A stretch of DNA of 64,000 nt from Escherichia phage ALITA, in sequence record PP359570; one strand, written 5' to 3'. Each line of letters begins with the position of its first letter. The first letter of the stretch is position 1. Below the pieces are notes generated by a model, which was not told the origin of the DNA, did not search any database, and worked only from the letters and a program-made list of their open reading frames with translations. The translations under genes were made by a program, and so were the position numbers. Positions 39,088 to 49,543 of the stretch are shown here, piece by piece.

Positions 39088-39840
39088 TTAGTATACTTCC
39101 GTGATGAACTGAGACAAACGGGAACGTTGGTTATCAGCAGTTGTCATTTCAACATAACCAATAAAATCCACAATAGCTTCCCTTTCTCCTTCTTCATTAA
39201 TAGGAACAACACGATCTAACAAATCACCTAACCCGTTAGCTCTTCGTTTAATTGCATATGTTTGATTAACATCGCCCATAATGACAATACGTGTATTAAG
39301 ACCTGCTCGCTCAAGGAGAAGTTTTACTGTATTTGGTGACATAAGTTGAACTTCATCAATAAGAATAATGCTGTTATCCCACGTAGCACCTAGTGCATAG
39401 TTTGGAATATTAAGTTCAATTTTGCCACTTGCAATATCGTTTTCCAATTTATTTGCAGTCATAAACTGTTGGAAAATTCTTTTAGTTGATTCGTAGTGTG
39501 CTGCTAGTTTATCAGTCTTATCTCCAGATAAGAAACCAATTTGATCATCACCTACTTCTGTCGGGTTTTTAAGGAAAATCAACTTTCTGAAGTCACCAGC
39601 TTTAAGCATTTGCAATGCTTTCCATAGTGCTGTTGTCGTTTTTCCTGTTCCTGCTGGGGCATTAACAATGGTTAAATCATTCCAAACCATGCTTCTTACA
39701 ATAGCTTCTTGATTCCCAACAGGGGTAAATTCATCAAGACGGTAATCATCATTTCCTACTGCTTTAGCCGCATAACGACTGGCACGTTTGTCATCATTGG
39801 CTGCTGATTGACGACGAGCCTTTGCGGTTTTATTTCCCAT
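39088..39840 (-). CDS. phoH: PhoH-like ATPase
   Basis: Walker A NAPAGTGKTT, Walker B ILIDEVQ, GDVNQ motif. Confidence 0.85.
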   Translation of the reverse strand: MGNKTAKARRQSAANDDKRASRYAAKAVGNDDYRLDEFTPVGNQEAIVRSMVWNDLTIVNAPAGTGKTTTALWKALQMLKAGDFRKLIFLKNPTEVGDDQIGFLSGDKTDKLAAHYESTKRIFQQFMTANKLENDIASGKIELNIPNYALGATWDNSIILIDEVQLMSPNTVKLLLERAGLNTRIVIMGDVNQTYAIKRRANGLGDLLDRVVPINEEGEREAIVDFIGYVEMTTADNQRSRLSQFITEVY

Positions 39841-39853
39841 GTTTGCACTCCTT

Positions 39854-39874
39854 ATAAAAGGGGCTTTCGCCCCT
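39854..39874 (-). terminator. hairpin AGGGGC-GAAA-GCCCCT + T-run
   Basis: Directly after the lysozyme stop. Confidence 0.6.
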
Positions 39875-39878
39875 TTGT

Positions 39879-40379
39879 TTAGTTATAAGCGTCTAATGTT
39901 CCAGTTTTAAGTACCTGAATTACACGCTCTGCGCGATTAGGCGTTTGGCGATACCATTTACTTTTACGTAAATTTATAGAGGCTTGAGTATAATATGAAT
40001 TACTCACTAAAGTCAAGCTATTTTTGAAAGATTCTGCACCTTTCAATCCCATTTGAAATACCATATTGATAATAGCCATTTTACGATTAGGACTTACTTT
40101 ATCGTAAATAGGAGATAATATGGTGCTTGAATGGATCTGTTGTATCGCTTTCTTTACGTCACTCTCAAAGATTTTTCTAGCTTCCGCTTCAGTAATAACC
40201 CCATTGGTTTTTCTACCTACTAAGTTATCAAGAATGCGTATAGCTTCTGCTTTATCTTTGCGTTTTGTCAGAAGGTGTCCAATACCAACTGTCCAATACC
40301 CTTCGGTATCAGGATACACAGTTAGCTTTAGTCCTTCATCAAAACGTAACATATCAAACACATCAACTACTTTAGCCAT
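39879..40379 (-). CDS. T4-type lysozyme (endolysin, gpe homolog)
   Basis: FDMLRFDEGLKLTVYPDTEGYWTVGIGHLLTK and WYRQTPNRAERV nearly collinear with T4 lysozyme. Confidence 0.95.
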   Translation of the reverse strand: MAKVVDVFDMLRFDEGLKLTVYPDTEGYWTVGIGHLLTKRKDKAEAIRILDNLVGRKTNGVITEAEARKIFESDVKKAIQQIHSSTILSPIYDKVSPNRKMAIINMVFQMGLKGAESFKNSLTLVSNSYYTQASINLRKSKWYRQTPNRAERVIQVLKTGTLDAYN

Positions 40380-40391
40380 GTTTTCCTTATA

Positions 40392-40535
40392 TCAGTCGCC
40401 CTCCCCATGATCTAACTCTTGAAACAGTAGGTGTTCAGGAGACATTTCACGTTTAGGCTTCGTCTTTTTAGTTTGGGACTTAAGCTCTGTTGCCAAAGCA
40501 CGAGAAAAGATCTTACGTTTCTGTTTACCTTTCAT
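40392..40535 (-). CDS. 47-aa basic protein (hand-called)
   Basis: GGAG RBS in the end of the grx gene; MKGKQKRKIFSRALATELK... Confidence 0.4.
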   Translation of the reverse strand: MKGKQKRKIFSRALATELKSQTKKTKPKREMSPEHLLFQELDHGEGD

Positions 40536-40539
40536 ATTG

Positions 40540-40800
40540 TTACTCCGCAATCTGAGCCATGAATTCACGTAGTTCAGAAAAACCTCCTACGTGGGTTAGC
40601 TGTTCACCATCTTCCACAAAAATCTGAGGAAATGTACGTGGTAGAACACCTGTTTTCTCTAAGACCAGATTCTGAATCTGATCTAAAGAATAGTCTTCAT
40701 CTAAGGTAAGGTATTTAAAATCCTGTTCACGCTGTTCTAGTAGAATCTTAGCGTTAGTGCAGAAAGGACAATTTGGTTTACCGTAGATAATAAAATTCAT
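40540..40800 (-). CDS. glutaredoxin/NrdH-like redoxin
   Basis: YGKPNCPFCTNAK active site; AAGGAG RBS favours the ATG at 40800. Confidence 0.85.
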   Translation of the reverse strand: MNFIIYGKPNCPFCTNAKILLEQREQDFKYLTLDEDYSLDQIQNLVLEKTGVLPRTFPQIFVEDGEQLTHVGGFSELREFMAQIAE

Positions 40801-40802
40801 TT

Positions 40803-41633
40803 TCACTCCTTGTTTAAAAGTATAGTTAAAGTTCTTACAATACCGCTATCAACACTTCGCGGATTTAAAGTAGGATCTGTTTTTAAATAAGATGTTGCTG
40901 GTCTGACTGCTTTGGAGTTATAGGTTGAAGCAGACACAGGATTAACTGTAACCGATAAATCTATAACAAGAAATATCTTACGTGCAAAGTCATACCAAGA
41001 AATATAATCTGCACCTGCATAGTGTACAATTTTACTATTTACACCATCTTTTACAAGTTTAAAAATTGTTTCTGCAAGATCAGGTGCATAAGTAGGACAC
41101 GACAAATGATCACATACTACATTAAATTCTTTTTGACCACCGTTGTAGCGTTCCAACATAGTTTTCAAAAAGTTATGTCCAAATTCACTATAAACAGAAG
41201 CTGTTCTGATAATAAGTGCTGTAGGACAAACTGTTTGTACTAAAGTTTCACCTAATTGTTTACTATAACCGTAGGTGTTCAAGGGGTTTGTTTTACTATC
41301 TTCTGTACCAGCAACATGCCCATCAAAAACATAGTCTGTTGAAATATGTACAAACTGTATCAGTAAATCATTACATGCTTTGGCAATGTTTGTTGCACCG
41401 TATGCATTAACATTTATACAGGTGTTAACATCTTCTTCAGCTTTATCTACTGCCGTGTAAGCCGCACAATTCACAACAACATCAGGCACATGCTGTACAA
41501 GATTATTCATAACATCTTTAAAGTTGGTAATGTCTACATCACTTGCTTCAATCAAAATAACATCTTCGGGCGCAACTTTTGCCAAAGACTGTCCTAATTG
41601 ACCTTTTGAACCAAAGATTAAAAATTTTGTCAA
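40803..41633 (-). CDS. rmlD: dTDP-4-dehydrorhamnose reductase
   Basis: FGSKGQLGQ Rossmann motif, STDYVFDG, length 276 aa. Confidence 0.9.
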   Translation of the reverse strand: MTKFLIFGSKGQLGQSLAKVAPEDVILIEASDVDITNFKDVMNNLVQHVPDVVVNCAAYTAVDKAEEDVNTCINVNAYGATNIAKACNDLLIQFVHISTDYVFDGHVAGTEDSKTNPLNTYGYSKQLGETLVQTVCPTALIIRTASVYSEFGHNFLKTMLERYNGGQKEFNVVCDHLSCPTYAPDLAETIFKLVKDGVNSKIVHYAGADYISWYDFARKIFLVIDLSVTVNPVSASTYNSKAVRPATSYLKTDPTLNPRSVDSGIVRTLTILLNKE

Positions 41634-42184
41634 AGTATGATCTCCTTTAGTGTTTTTGCTTCCTGATCTTTTTGTGACAAGATAGGTTTAAAATTAATAT
41701 CATTAAAGATTAAATCAAAACCCCAATCTATATTGATATCTGGATCATTCCACGCAAGACTACACTCTGAAGTCGGATCGTAATATTCTGTACACTTATA
41801 TTCAAAATCAGCAATATCGCTAATCACAACAAAGCCATGAGCGAAACCAGGAGGAATCCAAAATTGTGTTTTATTCTTTTCAGATAAGAGAACACCTACC
41901 CATTCTCCAAATGTTGGACTACCAACTCTAATATCTACAGCAACATCATAAACTTCACCACGAACACAACGTACTAACTTCCCTTGTGGGTTTTTCTTTT
42001 GAAAATGAAGCCCACGTAGAACTCCTCGGATAGAACGTGAATGGTTATCTTGGACAAAGTTTTGTTTACCTATGTATTGATCATATAAAGCCTGATTAAA
42101 ACTTTCTAAGAAAAAACCACGTTCATCTCCGTAAACGTCAGGTTGAATGATCAACAAATCTTCGATTTTTGTTGCTTGAATCAT
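41630..42184 (-). CDS. rmlC: dTDP-4-dehydrorhamnose 3,5-epimerase
   Basis: GDERGFFLESF, RGLHFQ, PPGFAHGF cupin motifs. Confidence 0.92.
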   Translation of the reverse strand: MIQATKIEDLLIIQPDVYGDERGFFLESFNQALYDQYIGKQNFVQDNHSRSIRGVLRGLHFQKKNPQGKLVRCVRGEVYDVAVDIRVGSPTFGEWVGVLLSEKNKTQFWIPPGFAHGFVVISDIADFEYKCTEYYDPTSECSLAWNDPDINIDWGFDLIFNDINFKPILSQKDQEAKTLKEIIL

Positions 42185-42196
42185 TTAATCTCCCCT

Positions 42197-43066
42197 TTAT
42201 TTTAATTTAAGTAAATACTTGCCGTAGTCTGTTTTACTTAAAACCTCTCCAGAACTTTTTACGGAATCTAAAGTAATCCATTCATTTTTAAAAGCAATCT
42301 CTTCTAGACATGCAACCTTCATACCTTGTTGCTTTTCTATTGCATGAACAAATTGAGATGCTTCCATAAGACTTTCATGTGTTCCTGTATCCAGCCAAGT
42401 GAAACCTCTTCCTAGCTTACAGACACGTAAAGCCTTTTCTTTCCAGTACATCTCATTTATATCTGTGATCTCTAACTCCCCTCTAGCAGAAGGCTTAACG
42501 CTTTTAGCTTTCTGTATAACAGAATTATCGTAAAAGTACAAGCCTGTAATTGCATAGTTGCTTTTTGGTGCTTTTGGTTTTTCTTCAATACTTACCACTG
42601 TACCTTCAGAATCAAACTCAACAACACCAAATCTTTCAGGATCATTTACGTGATACCCAAAAATATTAGCTCCACCATTCTTTTCAATATGTTCTCTAGC
42701 AGAATCTAAAATGCTACCAAAACTCTGACCAAAGAATAAATTATCACCTAGAACAAGTGCTACAGAATCTTCACCAATAAAGCTCTCACCAATAATAAAC
42801 GCTTCTGCTAAACCTTTTGGGCTGTCCTGTATTGCATACTGTAGGGAAACACCAAAAGAAGAACCATCACCTAGAAGATTTACAAAATTAATTTGATCTT
42901 CTGGTGTTGTAATTATTAGTATTTCCCTAATTCCAGAAAGCATTAGGACAGAGAGTGGATAATAAATCATAGGTTTATCGTAAATTGGTAATAGTTGTTT
43001 ACTAACCCCTTTAGTAACTGGGTAAAGTCTTGTTCCACTACCACCCGCTAAGATAATACCTTTCAT
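42197..43066 (-). CDS. rmlA: glucose-1-phosphate thymidylyltransferase
   Basis: [31 protein letters not shown] motifs. Confidence 0.95.
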   Translation of the reverse strand: MKGIILAGGSGTRLYPVTKGVSKQLLPIYDKPMIYYPLSVLMLSGIREILIITTPEDQINFVNLLGDGSSFGVSLQYAIQDSPKGLAEAFIIGESFIGEDSVALVLGDNLFFGQSFGSILDSAREHIEKNGGANIFGYHVNDPERFGVVEFDSEGTVVSIEEKPKAPKSNYAITGLYFYDNSVIQKAKSVKPSARGELEITDINEMYWKEKALRVCKLGRGFTWLDTGTHESLMEASQFVHAIEKQQGMKVACLEEIAFKNEWITLDSVKSSGEVLSKTDYGKYLLKLK

Positions 43067-43074
43067 ACTCCTCC

Positions 43075-44064
43075 TTAAACTTTATTTTCCCACCACTCTT
43101 TGTTATCTACATACCAATCAATGGTTGAATAAAGTTTTTCTTCAAATGTGCCTTTAGCTTTCCACCCTAATTCCTTTTCAATCTTATAAGGATTCACTTC
43201 ATATCTTAGATCATGTCCAGGTCTATCTGTAACCATCTCAATTAGGCTACAAGCATCTGTTTCAGATGGATACACCGCATCCATATAATCACAAATCATA
43301 TAGATTACATCAATATTAGTTCTAGGGTTTCTGCTCCCAATATTATATGTTTCTCCAGATTTGCCTTTAGTTACTACTAGGTGTAATGCTTCTGCGTGAT
43401 CGTCAACGTATAACCAGTCTCTTACCTGAAGACCATTGCCATAAACAGGGATTGGTTTATTCATCAAGATATTTGTTATCGTTTTAGGTATTAGTTTTTC
43501 TGGATGATGGTATGCTCCAAAATTATTTGAACAATTTGTTATAACTGTCGGAATACCATAAGTACGATGCCACGCTCTTACCAAATGATCGCTTGCTGCC
43601 TTAGATGCAGCATATGGACTACTTGGCTTATAAGGATTCTGTTCTGTAAACGGATAATCCCCTTCTTCCATATCACCATATACTTCATCTGTTGAAATAT
43701 GATGGAACATTTTAAGATTTGATTTATCTCCCATTAAACGAACAGCTTCTAGGAGATTAAATGTCCCAACAATATTTGAATTTATAAAAACACTCGGTGA
43801 TGCTATTGAATTATCTACGTGACTTTCTGCTGCAAGATGCATTATATAATCTGGATTAACATCTGCCACAATCTTAGCAGTTAACTGCGCATTTGTCAAG
43901 TCAACACGACAAAACTTTACATTGGGTGTTTCTGATAAATTTCTAGGGTCTGAAGCGTAACCCCATTTATCTATAACGTAAATATCATTTTTAGTATTTT
44001 TAGCCAGGAAACGAACTACTGCACTTCCAATAAAGCCTAAACCACCTGTTACTAAGTATTTCAT
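43075..44064 (-). CDS. rmlB: dTDP-glucose 4,6-dehydratase
   Basis: [26 protein letters not shown] (YxxxK). Confidence 0.95.
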   Translation of the reverse strand: MKYLVTGGLGFIGSAVVRFLAKNTKNDIYVIDKWGYASDPRNLSETPNVKFCRVDLTNAQLTAKIVADVNPDYIMHLAAESHVDNSIASPSVFINSNIVGTFNLLEAVRLMGDKSNLKMFHHISTDEVYGDMEEGDYPFTEQNPYKPSSPYAASKAASDHLVRAWHRTYGIPTVITNCSNNFGAYHHPEKLIPKTITNILMNKPIPVYGNGLQVRDWLYVDDHAEALHLVVTKGKSGETYNIGSRNPRTNIDVIYMICDYMDAVYPSETDACSLIEMVTDRPGHDLRYEVNPYKIEKELGWKAKGTFEEKLYSTIDWYVDNKEWWENKV

Positions 44065-44261
44065 TTAGTCTCCTTCCAATTATTCCCTTCAGTAAAAATA
44101 ATACCTTCATAAAACAACCATCTGGAACCTTTTTCAACAGGAACAGGAATCTCTTCTTCAGTAAAGTTATAAACTTCTCTAGCATCTTCTAAAAGTGATG
44201 CAAATGTTTTTGGACTTACTGTTACGCGAGGAGCATTGATCAGTTGATCTAGCATCATTCT
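44061..44261 (-). CDS. hypothetical protein (66 aa)
   Basis: AAGGAGG RBS before MMLDQL; the longer track ORF overlaps the upstream gene. Confidence 0.55.
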   Translation of the reverse strand, partial: RMMLDQLINAPRVTVSPKTFASLLEDAREVYNFTEEEIPVPVEKGSRWLFYEGIIFTEGNNWKETK

Positions 44262-44271
44262 ACTATCCTCC

Positions 44272-44598
44272 TTACCAAACGTGTTGAGAAATAATAGTTT
44301 CCGTTTCAATGTTATATTTTTCAAGAAGTTGTGCGTAGGCTTCTTTTGCATTCTTATTTAGTTGCTCAAGATCTACAGCTATACTTCCTTCGCCACCTTC
44401 TAAATAAATGCCATATATGCAATAAGATTCATCAGCATCATAGAAAGGAGAGATACGGCTTAAATCAAGACCTTCTTGTAAGAACCAATTAAAATCTCCA
44501 TCAAATTCTTCTTCAATTCTAGGATCTTCTCCTACAGCCCCTTCCCATTTATTAAAAGGTGCACCCTGTAACATACGCCATGCAATATCAACCCCCAC
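44272..44598 (-). CDS. hypothetical protein (GTG start)
   Basis: 108-aa ORF. Confidence 0.6.
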   Translation of the reverse strand: MGVDIAWRMLQGAPFNKWEGAVGEDPRIEEEFDGDFNWFLQEGLDLSRISPFYDADESYCIYGIYLEGGEGSIAVDLEQLNKNAKEAYAQLLEKYNIETETIISQHVW

Positions 44599-44734
44599 TA
44601 TCTTCCTCCTCTTCTTTTTCTTCTGTATGAACGAAACCTAAGCCGTTACAATTCCAACAAGGAATAAATTGTTCCATACTAACAATAAAATTCCCAGTGC
44701 CGCCGCAGATAGGACAAATACTTACATCGTCCAT
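44588..44734 (-). CDS. 48-aa DnaJ-type zinc-finger mini-protein (hand-called)
   Basis: CPICGGTG...CWNCNGLG; acidic tail; overlaps the next start by 11 nt. Confidence 0.45.
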   Translation of the reverse strand: MDDVSICPICGGTGNFIVSMEQFIPCWNCNGLGFVHTEEKEEEEDSGG

Positions 44735-44736
44735 TA

Positions 44737-44919
44737 TTAAAGCTCCTCAATCTTTTCTAACATCTGTTTTAACTCATTCTCTGTTAACAGAATTTCTGTG
44801 ATACCATCATAAGTTTCTACCATCAGAGTAAAACATTTCTCTCCATCTGAACACACAAAAGCACCACCTTCATCTTCTGTTAAGTCAGAATTAATATCTA
44901 CATCAACAAAATCAATCAT
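44737..44919 (-). CDS. hypothetical acidic protein
   Basis: AAGGAGAAAAAG RBS before ATG 44919 (track ORF starts at TTG 44943). Confidence 0.55.
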   Translation of the reverse strand: MIDFVDVDINSDLTEDEGGAFVCSDGEKCFTLMVETYDGITEILLTENELKQMLEKIEEL

Positions 44920-45130
44920 CTTTTTCTCCTTTGATAATTTCAAACTTGGCTACACCATTAACTATAATATGACCGCAAGACAGAACTCCTAGCCAATGAT
45001 CACCATTCTTTTTTAAACGTTTACCGTAAACATCACAGAAACCATTCTGTAATTCGGAAGCCTCATAAGAGGCTCCCTTTTCGAAAACGTCTTTGAAGTC
45101 AGAAATTAATCCAACACAAAGTAGTTTCAT
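44912..45130 (-). CDS. hypothetical protein
   Basis: 72-aa ORF; start overlaps the nrdB stop. Confidence 0.6.
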   Translation of the reverse strand: MKLLCVGLISDFKDVFEKGASYEASELQNGFCDVYGKRLKKNGDHWLGVLSCGHIIVNGVAKFEIIKGEKDD

Positions 45131-46215
45131 TAGAAGTCTAACTCCTCGTCATCACTTACATCTTTATTTGCTGAATTCAGTTTGTAAGCTGTAATTTGGA
45201 TCTCCTGTGCTGCTGCTTGAATTTGATCTGGGTTTAACCAAACATCCATCCAAGGCAGTGGACTTTTCTTCGGTGCACGGAATTTGTGTTTCATTTTCAG
45301 TCTGCGATAGATAGGTGCAGCATTGAAGTAAACCCAAAGTTTGAACAACTCTGCGTTACCACCAACGATAACCCTTCCTTCACTAAACAGATAGTCACAC
45401 CAATCTTCCTCTTGTCCAACTACCGTGTCAAGAATTTCTGTCAGAACGTCGATATTATCTTCGTATACTTTTCTCCAAACAGGATCTTTCAGCAGTGCAT
45501 CAATAATAGCATAATCCATTTTAACGTGCAATAGTTCATCCAACATAATTTTTTGAATGAGTTTAGCTGCACCTACAAACAATTGCTGCTCTGCTAAGGC
45601 AAATGTTGCAGCAAAAGAGGATATGAATTGAATGCCTTCCAGACCGATAAGTGCAATCATTCCTTTCAAGATCAGTAGACGAAGGTTATCATCCTTCTCA
45701 ATCAGACCTAGAGCATATTTATGTCCTGCCTCTGCCAGATCACCCATTATCTCTTCAACTATACCCATCCTCTGGAAGATTCTTTCATTCTCCATAATCT
45801 GATCGATAACTTCATTTGGATTAGGGATACACTGACGAATAATTTCAGAATATGTCAAAGCGTGTAAAACTTCCATTTCTGATTGCTTCATCATCATTGC
45901 ACATGCTTCGTTGTTGCTTAAAAATGGTGCAAACAAAGTGATGATTGATTTAGCAAGTGAATCATTTTCCCATTGGAAAGATAGGTTTTTGATCATAACA
46001 TCATAGTTGCTTTTAGAACAAGCTACGAAATCTTTTCGTGTCTGATCTAAGTTTACTTCGTTTTCATCCCAATCTTGCTGTTTTTGTAGTTTGTACAGAC
46101 GATGCATTTCTGGGTATGTTACATTAATAGAATCAAAAATACCTAACTGTTCTCCCAAAAATACAGGGTAGAAACCTTCTTTGTAAGTGTCGTTGTATAA
46201 GTTAATTGCTGCCAT
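45130..46215 (-). CDS. nrdB: ribonucleotide reductase class Ia beta subunit
   Basis: Iron-ligand helices (EVLHALTYSE, LEGIQFISSFA, DELLHV) and acidic C-terminal tail. Confidence 0.9.
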   Translation of the reverse strand: MAAINLYNDTYKEGFYPVFLGEQLGIFDSINVTYPEMHRLYKLQKQQDWDENEVNLDQTRKDFVACSKSNYDVMIKNLSFQWENDSLAKSIITLFAPFLSNNEACAMMMKQSEMEVLHALTYSEIIRQCIPNPNEVIDQIMENERIFQRMGIVEEIMGDLAEAGHKYALGLIEKDDNLRLLILKGMIALIGLEGIQFISSFAATFALAEQQLFVGAAKLIQKIMLDELLHVKMDYAIIDALLKDPVWRKVYEDNIDVLTEILDTVVGQEEDWCDYLFSEGRVIVGGNAELFKLWVYFNAAPIYRRLKMKHKFRAPKKSPLPWMDVWLNPDQIQAAAQEIQITAYKLNSANKDVSDDEELDF

Positions 46216-46537
46216 TTAAATCCTCCACAATATCACACATTGCTTTTATTGTATCAATGTGTTCTCTCTCCATACCATCATCTAGGTAAGCCTTCTCTAA
46301 TGCGTCCCATACACTCTTTGTGAGTAGTATAGTAACCTCTCCCTCATACCTTGCTCTGGTTAAAGCATACCAGGTAGCTATGGGATCATTGGAAGCCCAT
46401 ATTTCAACACTGGAAAATTGAAAACCTGCAATATAATGACAACACCAATCGAATGTAAAATCTTTACTATCTACCAGTGTATAATTTCCCCAGCGTCTTT
46501 GTGGTGTTGCTCCAGGTAATACAACTAATGTAGGCAT
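46202..46537 (-). CDS. hypothetical protein between nrdA and nrdB
   Basis: AAGGAGG RBS before MPTLVVL; 14-nt overlap with the nrdB start. Confidence 0.55.
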   Translation of the reverse strand: MPTLVVLPGATPQRRWGNYTLVDSKDFTFDWCCHYIAGFQFSSVEIWASNDPIATWYALTRARYEGEVTILLTKSVWDALEKAYLDDGMEREHIDTIKAMCDIVEDLNGSN

Positions 46538-46550
46538 ATTCCTCCTTAAG

Positions 46551-46570
46551 AAAGGGGGACAAAGCCCCCT
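46551..46570 (-). terminator. hairpin GGGGG-N6-CCCCC + TTTC
   Basis: After the nrdA stop. Confidence 0.45.
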
Positions 46571-46577
46571 AGTTTCA

Positions 46578-48839
46578 TTACATCTTACAAGCCTCACAAC
46601 CGGATTCTTCATCCTCTTGAGCGAGTGAGGTTGCCGATTTTGTTCTGCTATTTAGATAGTACAAAGATTTACCACCAAGTTTTGCAAACTGAAGAATATA
46701 TTGCATTTCTGATTTAATGGATAAACGACCACCTTCCATCTTAGAATAGTCAATCCACTTATCACATGATGCACCTTGATCTAAGAATTTAGTCAACAGC
46801 CCATATGCTTCAGCCATATCTTTATCTGGTGTATCCCAAGCCGATTGGTAAATATCTTTTAGTTTATCGTAGTCTGGCACAATAAACAGAACATTACCCT
46901 TTTGGCTTTGTTTATAAACTATAGTATCACGTACAGGATACACAGAGTTAGTCGTATTACTTACAAGACTACTGGACTCATTTGGAGCAATAGCTGCTAA
47001 TACACTATTTCGGATACCGCCCTGTGCAATGATATCTTGTCGTAAACCTTCCCAATCCATTTTAAGTTTAAAATTGCCAATATCGTCTACAGCTTTAGCG
47101 TAGGTGTCAATAGGCAACCATCCTTCAGGCCATTTGGTTTTATGCATCCATTCTGCATTACCTTTCTCTTTTGCCAAACGAAGAGAAGCTCTTGCTAACC
47201 AATAATAATGTCTTTCTGCTAATTCGTGAATTAGTTTTTTGCCGTAAGGATCTGAATAAGTAACAAAATTACTTGCCAGATAATGTGCAAGGTTTGTAAT
47301 ACCTACACCGATAGACCTACGTGCTTTAGCAGTGATTTCGTTATGTTTAAACGGATACTGCATTGTTTCAATAACATTATCAATAGTTAGAACGGTATAA
47401 TATGCAACATCTTCATATTCTTCTGGTGTAACACGACCAGCTACAATAGAAGACAGGAAGCATAATGCCAATTCTTGGTCTTCTGTATTCTCACCTGTGA
47501 AAAGATCAGTCATATTGTGAAATGCTTTCGTAGGTAAGAAAATTTCTTGGCACAAGTTTGACTGGTAAATAACATCCTTAAACGGAGTATGCTTATTAGC
47601 ATTATCCGCAAAGAACATATAAATACGTCCTGTTTCTGCTCTTTGTGTAATAATTTCTGCCAGAAGATCTCGTGCTTTTACAAACTTCTTCTTAATTCGT
47701 TTGCGACTAACTTTTTCATATACTTCTTCAAACTCTTCCTCGCTTTTATAAAGCGCCTCATAGAGTTCTGGTGCTTCGTCATAACTGACTAGCATCCAAT
47801 CTTTACCTTTTGCTGCACGTCGCAGGAAAGCATTGTTTACTACAATAGAGTAATCAAGTTTATCTACTCGTTTTTCACTAACAGTAGTTGGGTTTTTCAA
47901 ACGTACCAGATCTTCAAAATCAGGTTCTAATATTGTAAACGTTACTGTTGCACTTCCACCACGGCTTGCTTGTTTTGATGCTCCAACACTTGTCTCCATC
48001 CATTTCAGATATGGTAAAAGACCACCGTGAACGATACGGTTGTTCTTAACACCTTGTCCTGTAGCACGGGTTTGGAGGTTAACACCAATACCTGCATTAT
48101 TCAATGTATATTCATGAGCAAGATAGTTAGCAATTGCTAAAGACTCTGCTGTATCATCTGCTCTAAACAGACAACAAGAAGCACTACCTTTAATCTTAGT
48201 ACGCAAAGTTGTTAAATAAGGCGATGGTAAATTAATCTTAAGATCACTTACGTAGGTATATAGACGTTTAATGTCTTCTACTCTGCGATCTTTTGGTTGA
48301 ATTTCCATTACCTTCATTGCTACACCAATGAATAAAAACTGTGGTGATTCAAAAACAACATCATTGATCGCATCTTTCACAAGATACTTATCAACCATCT
48401 GGCGCAGTACGGAATAACCATAAGTTAGGTTTTTATCGTGATTGACAATCTTACCAATCTCAATAATTTCTTCTTCTGTATAATCCATTTTTCCCCAATA
48501 GCCTTTACTTACAGACATATTGTAGAAATCCAGGAGGGAGGGGATATTGTGATATCCCCCATGAGCCTGTTTATAAATCATACCAAGAAGTAACCGACCT
48601 GCCATATCACTATATGCCTGATCTTTCTTATCAATACATGCTGCTATCATAGCTTTATGTAAATCACGAGTAGGCACACCGTCGTAACAACGTTTAACAG
48701 CTTCGAGTTCGATTTCAGACCAATTTAATTTACCAGCAGCAAACTCTGACCATTTACGAAGTTTTTCTGGATTAAATTCTTCTTTCTTGCCGTTTGTTTT
48801 TGTTACATAACGGATAGATTTGCTTAGATACTGAGTCAC
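46578..48839 (-). CDS. nrdA: ribonucleotide reductase class Ia alpha subunit
   Basis: N-terminal ATP-cone (YVTKTNGKKEEFNPEKL), catalytic-core motifs, C-terminal CEAC redox pair. Confidence 0.95.
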   Translation of the reverse strand: MTQYLSKSIRYVTKTNGKKEEFNPEKLRKWSEFAAGKLNWSEIELEAVKRCYDGVPTRDLHKAMIAACIDKKDQAYSDMAGRLLLGMIYKQAHGGYHNIPSLLDFYNMSVSKGYWGKMDYTEEEIIEIGKIVNHDKNLTYGYSVLRQMVDKYLVKDAINDVVFESPQFLFIGVAMKVMEIQPKDRRVEDIKRLYTYVSDLKINLPSPYLTTLRTKIKGSASCCLFRADDTAESLAIANYLAHEYTLNNAGIGVNLQTRATGQGVKNNRIVHGGLLPYLKWMETSVGASKQASRGGSATVTFTILEPDFEDLVRLKNPTTVSEKRVDKLDYSIVVNNAFLRRAAKGKDWMLVSYDEAPELYEALYKSEEEFEEVYEKVSRKRIKKKFVKARDLLAEIITQRAETGRIYMFFADNANKHTPFKDVIYQSNLCQEIFLPTKAFHNMTDLFTGENTEDQELALCFLSSIVAGRVTPEEYEDVAYYTVLTIDNVIETMQYPFKHNEITAKARRSIGVGITNLAHYLASNFVTYSDPYGKKLIHELAERHYYWLARASLRLAKEKGNAEWMHKTKWPEGWLPIDTYAKAVDDIGNFKLKMDWEGLRQDIIAQGGIRNSVLAAIAPNESSSLVSNTTNSVYPVRDTIVYKQSQKGNVLFIVPDYDKLKDIYQSAWDTPDKDMAEAYGLLTKFLDQGASCDKWIDYSKMEGGRLSIKSEMQYILQFAKLGGKSLYYLNSRTKSATSLAQEDEESGCEACKM

Positions 48840-48850
48840 TTCCTCTCCTA

Positions 48851-49099
48851 TTAATTGTGCATGTTTAGAACATCTACATCATAACCGCCACGCATCTCAT
48901 TATATAAGCCATTTGCGTATAGAAAACCTTCAAAATGATCTATACCTTCAAAACCTTTTGCCTTTGCTTTGCGGTCTGCTTCTTGTCTTTTTGGAGATAA
49001 TCTTTTAGATGTATCAAGGATAACTGTTACATTGCAACCTAATGTTTCATCAAAATAGACTTCAATTTCACAGCCTTCATATTTATTACTTTCTGTCAT
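48851..49099 (-). CDS. hypothetical protein
   Basis: GAGG RBS before MTESNKY. Confidence 0.55.
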   Translation of the reverse strand: MTESNKYEGCEIEVYFDETLGCNVTVILDTSKRLSPKRQEADRKAKAKGFEGIDHFEGFLYANGLYNEMRGGYDVDVLNMHN

Positions 49100-49111
49100 T
49101 TGGCCTCTCAA

Positions 49112-49522
49112 TTAGAATTCAGAATCATCATCTCGTGATGGATCATGTTCATTTCCGAAGTCTTCCATTTTGATATGAGAGCTACCCCAACCTGTAAAAT
49201 CTTCTTCTCCAAAGTGCAAAATATCTACACCTTGATAGATTCGCTTATATTTATAGTCCTGTCGAACTGGGAAAGTATACAATGTAGTATTTGCAAACAC
49301 CACACGTCGATTGTTGTTACTACGAATATTAACACCACGTTCTACTGTATAATGTCCATCGGTAGACATACCAAGCATTACTAATGCTGCTCGCAATGTA
49401 GTGTTATGATACTCGTGAGGAATTTTTCCTCCGTGCTTTTTAGCCATTTCTTTCCAGATCGGTGTAGCCTTAATGGTAGACATACTTACGGTCGCCCAAA
49501 TGGTTGTATTAATTAGTGACAT
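49112..49522 (-). CDS. hypothetical protein
   Basis: 136-aa ORF with AAGGAGAA RBS. Confidence 0.65.
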   Translation of the reverse strand: MSLINTTIWATVSMSTIKATPIWKEMAKKHGGKIPHEYHNTTLRAALVMLGMSTDGHYTVERGVNIRSNNNRRVVFANTTLYTFPVRQDYKYKRIYQGVDILHFGEEDFTGWGSSHIKMEDFGNEHDPSRDDDSEF

Positions 49523-49543
49523 AAATTCTCCTTCTCTCTTTTA

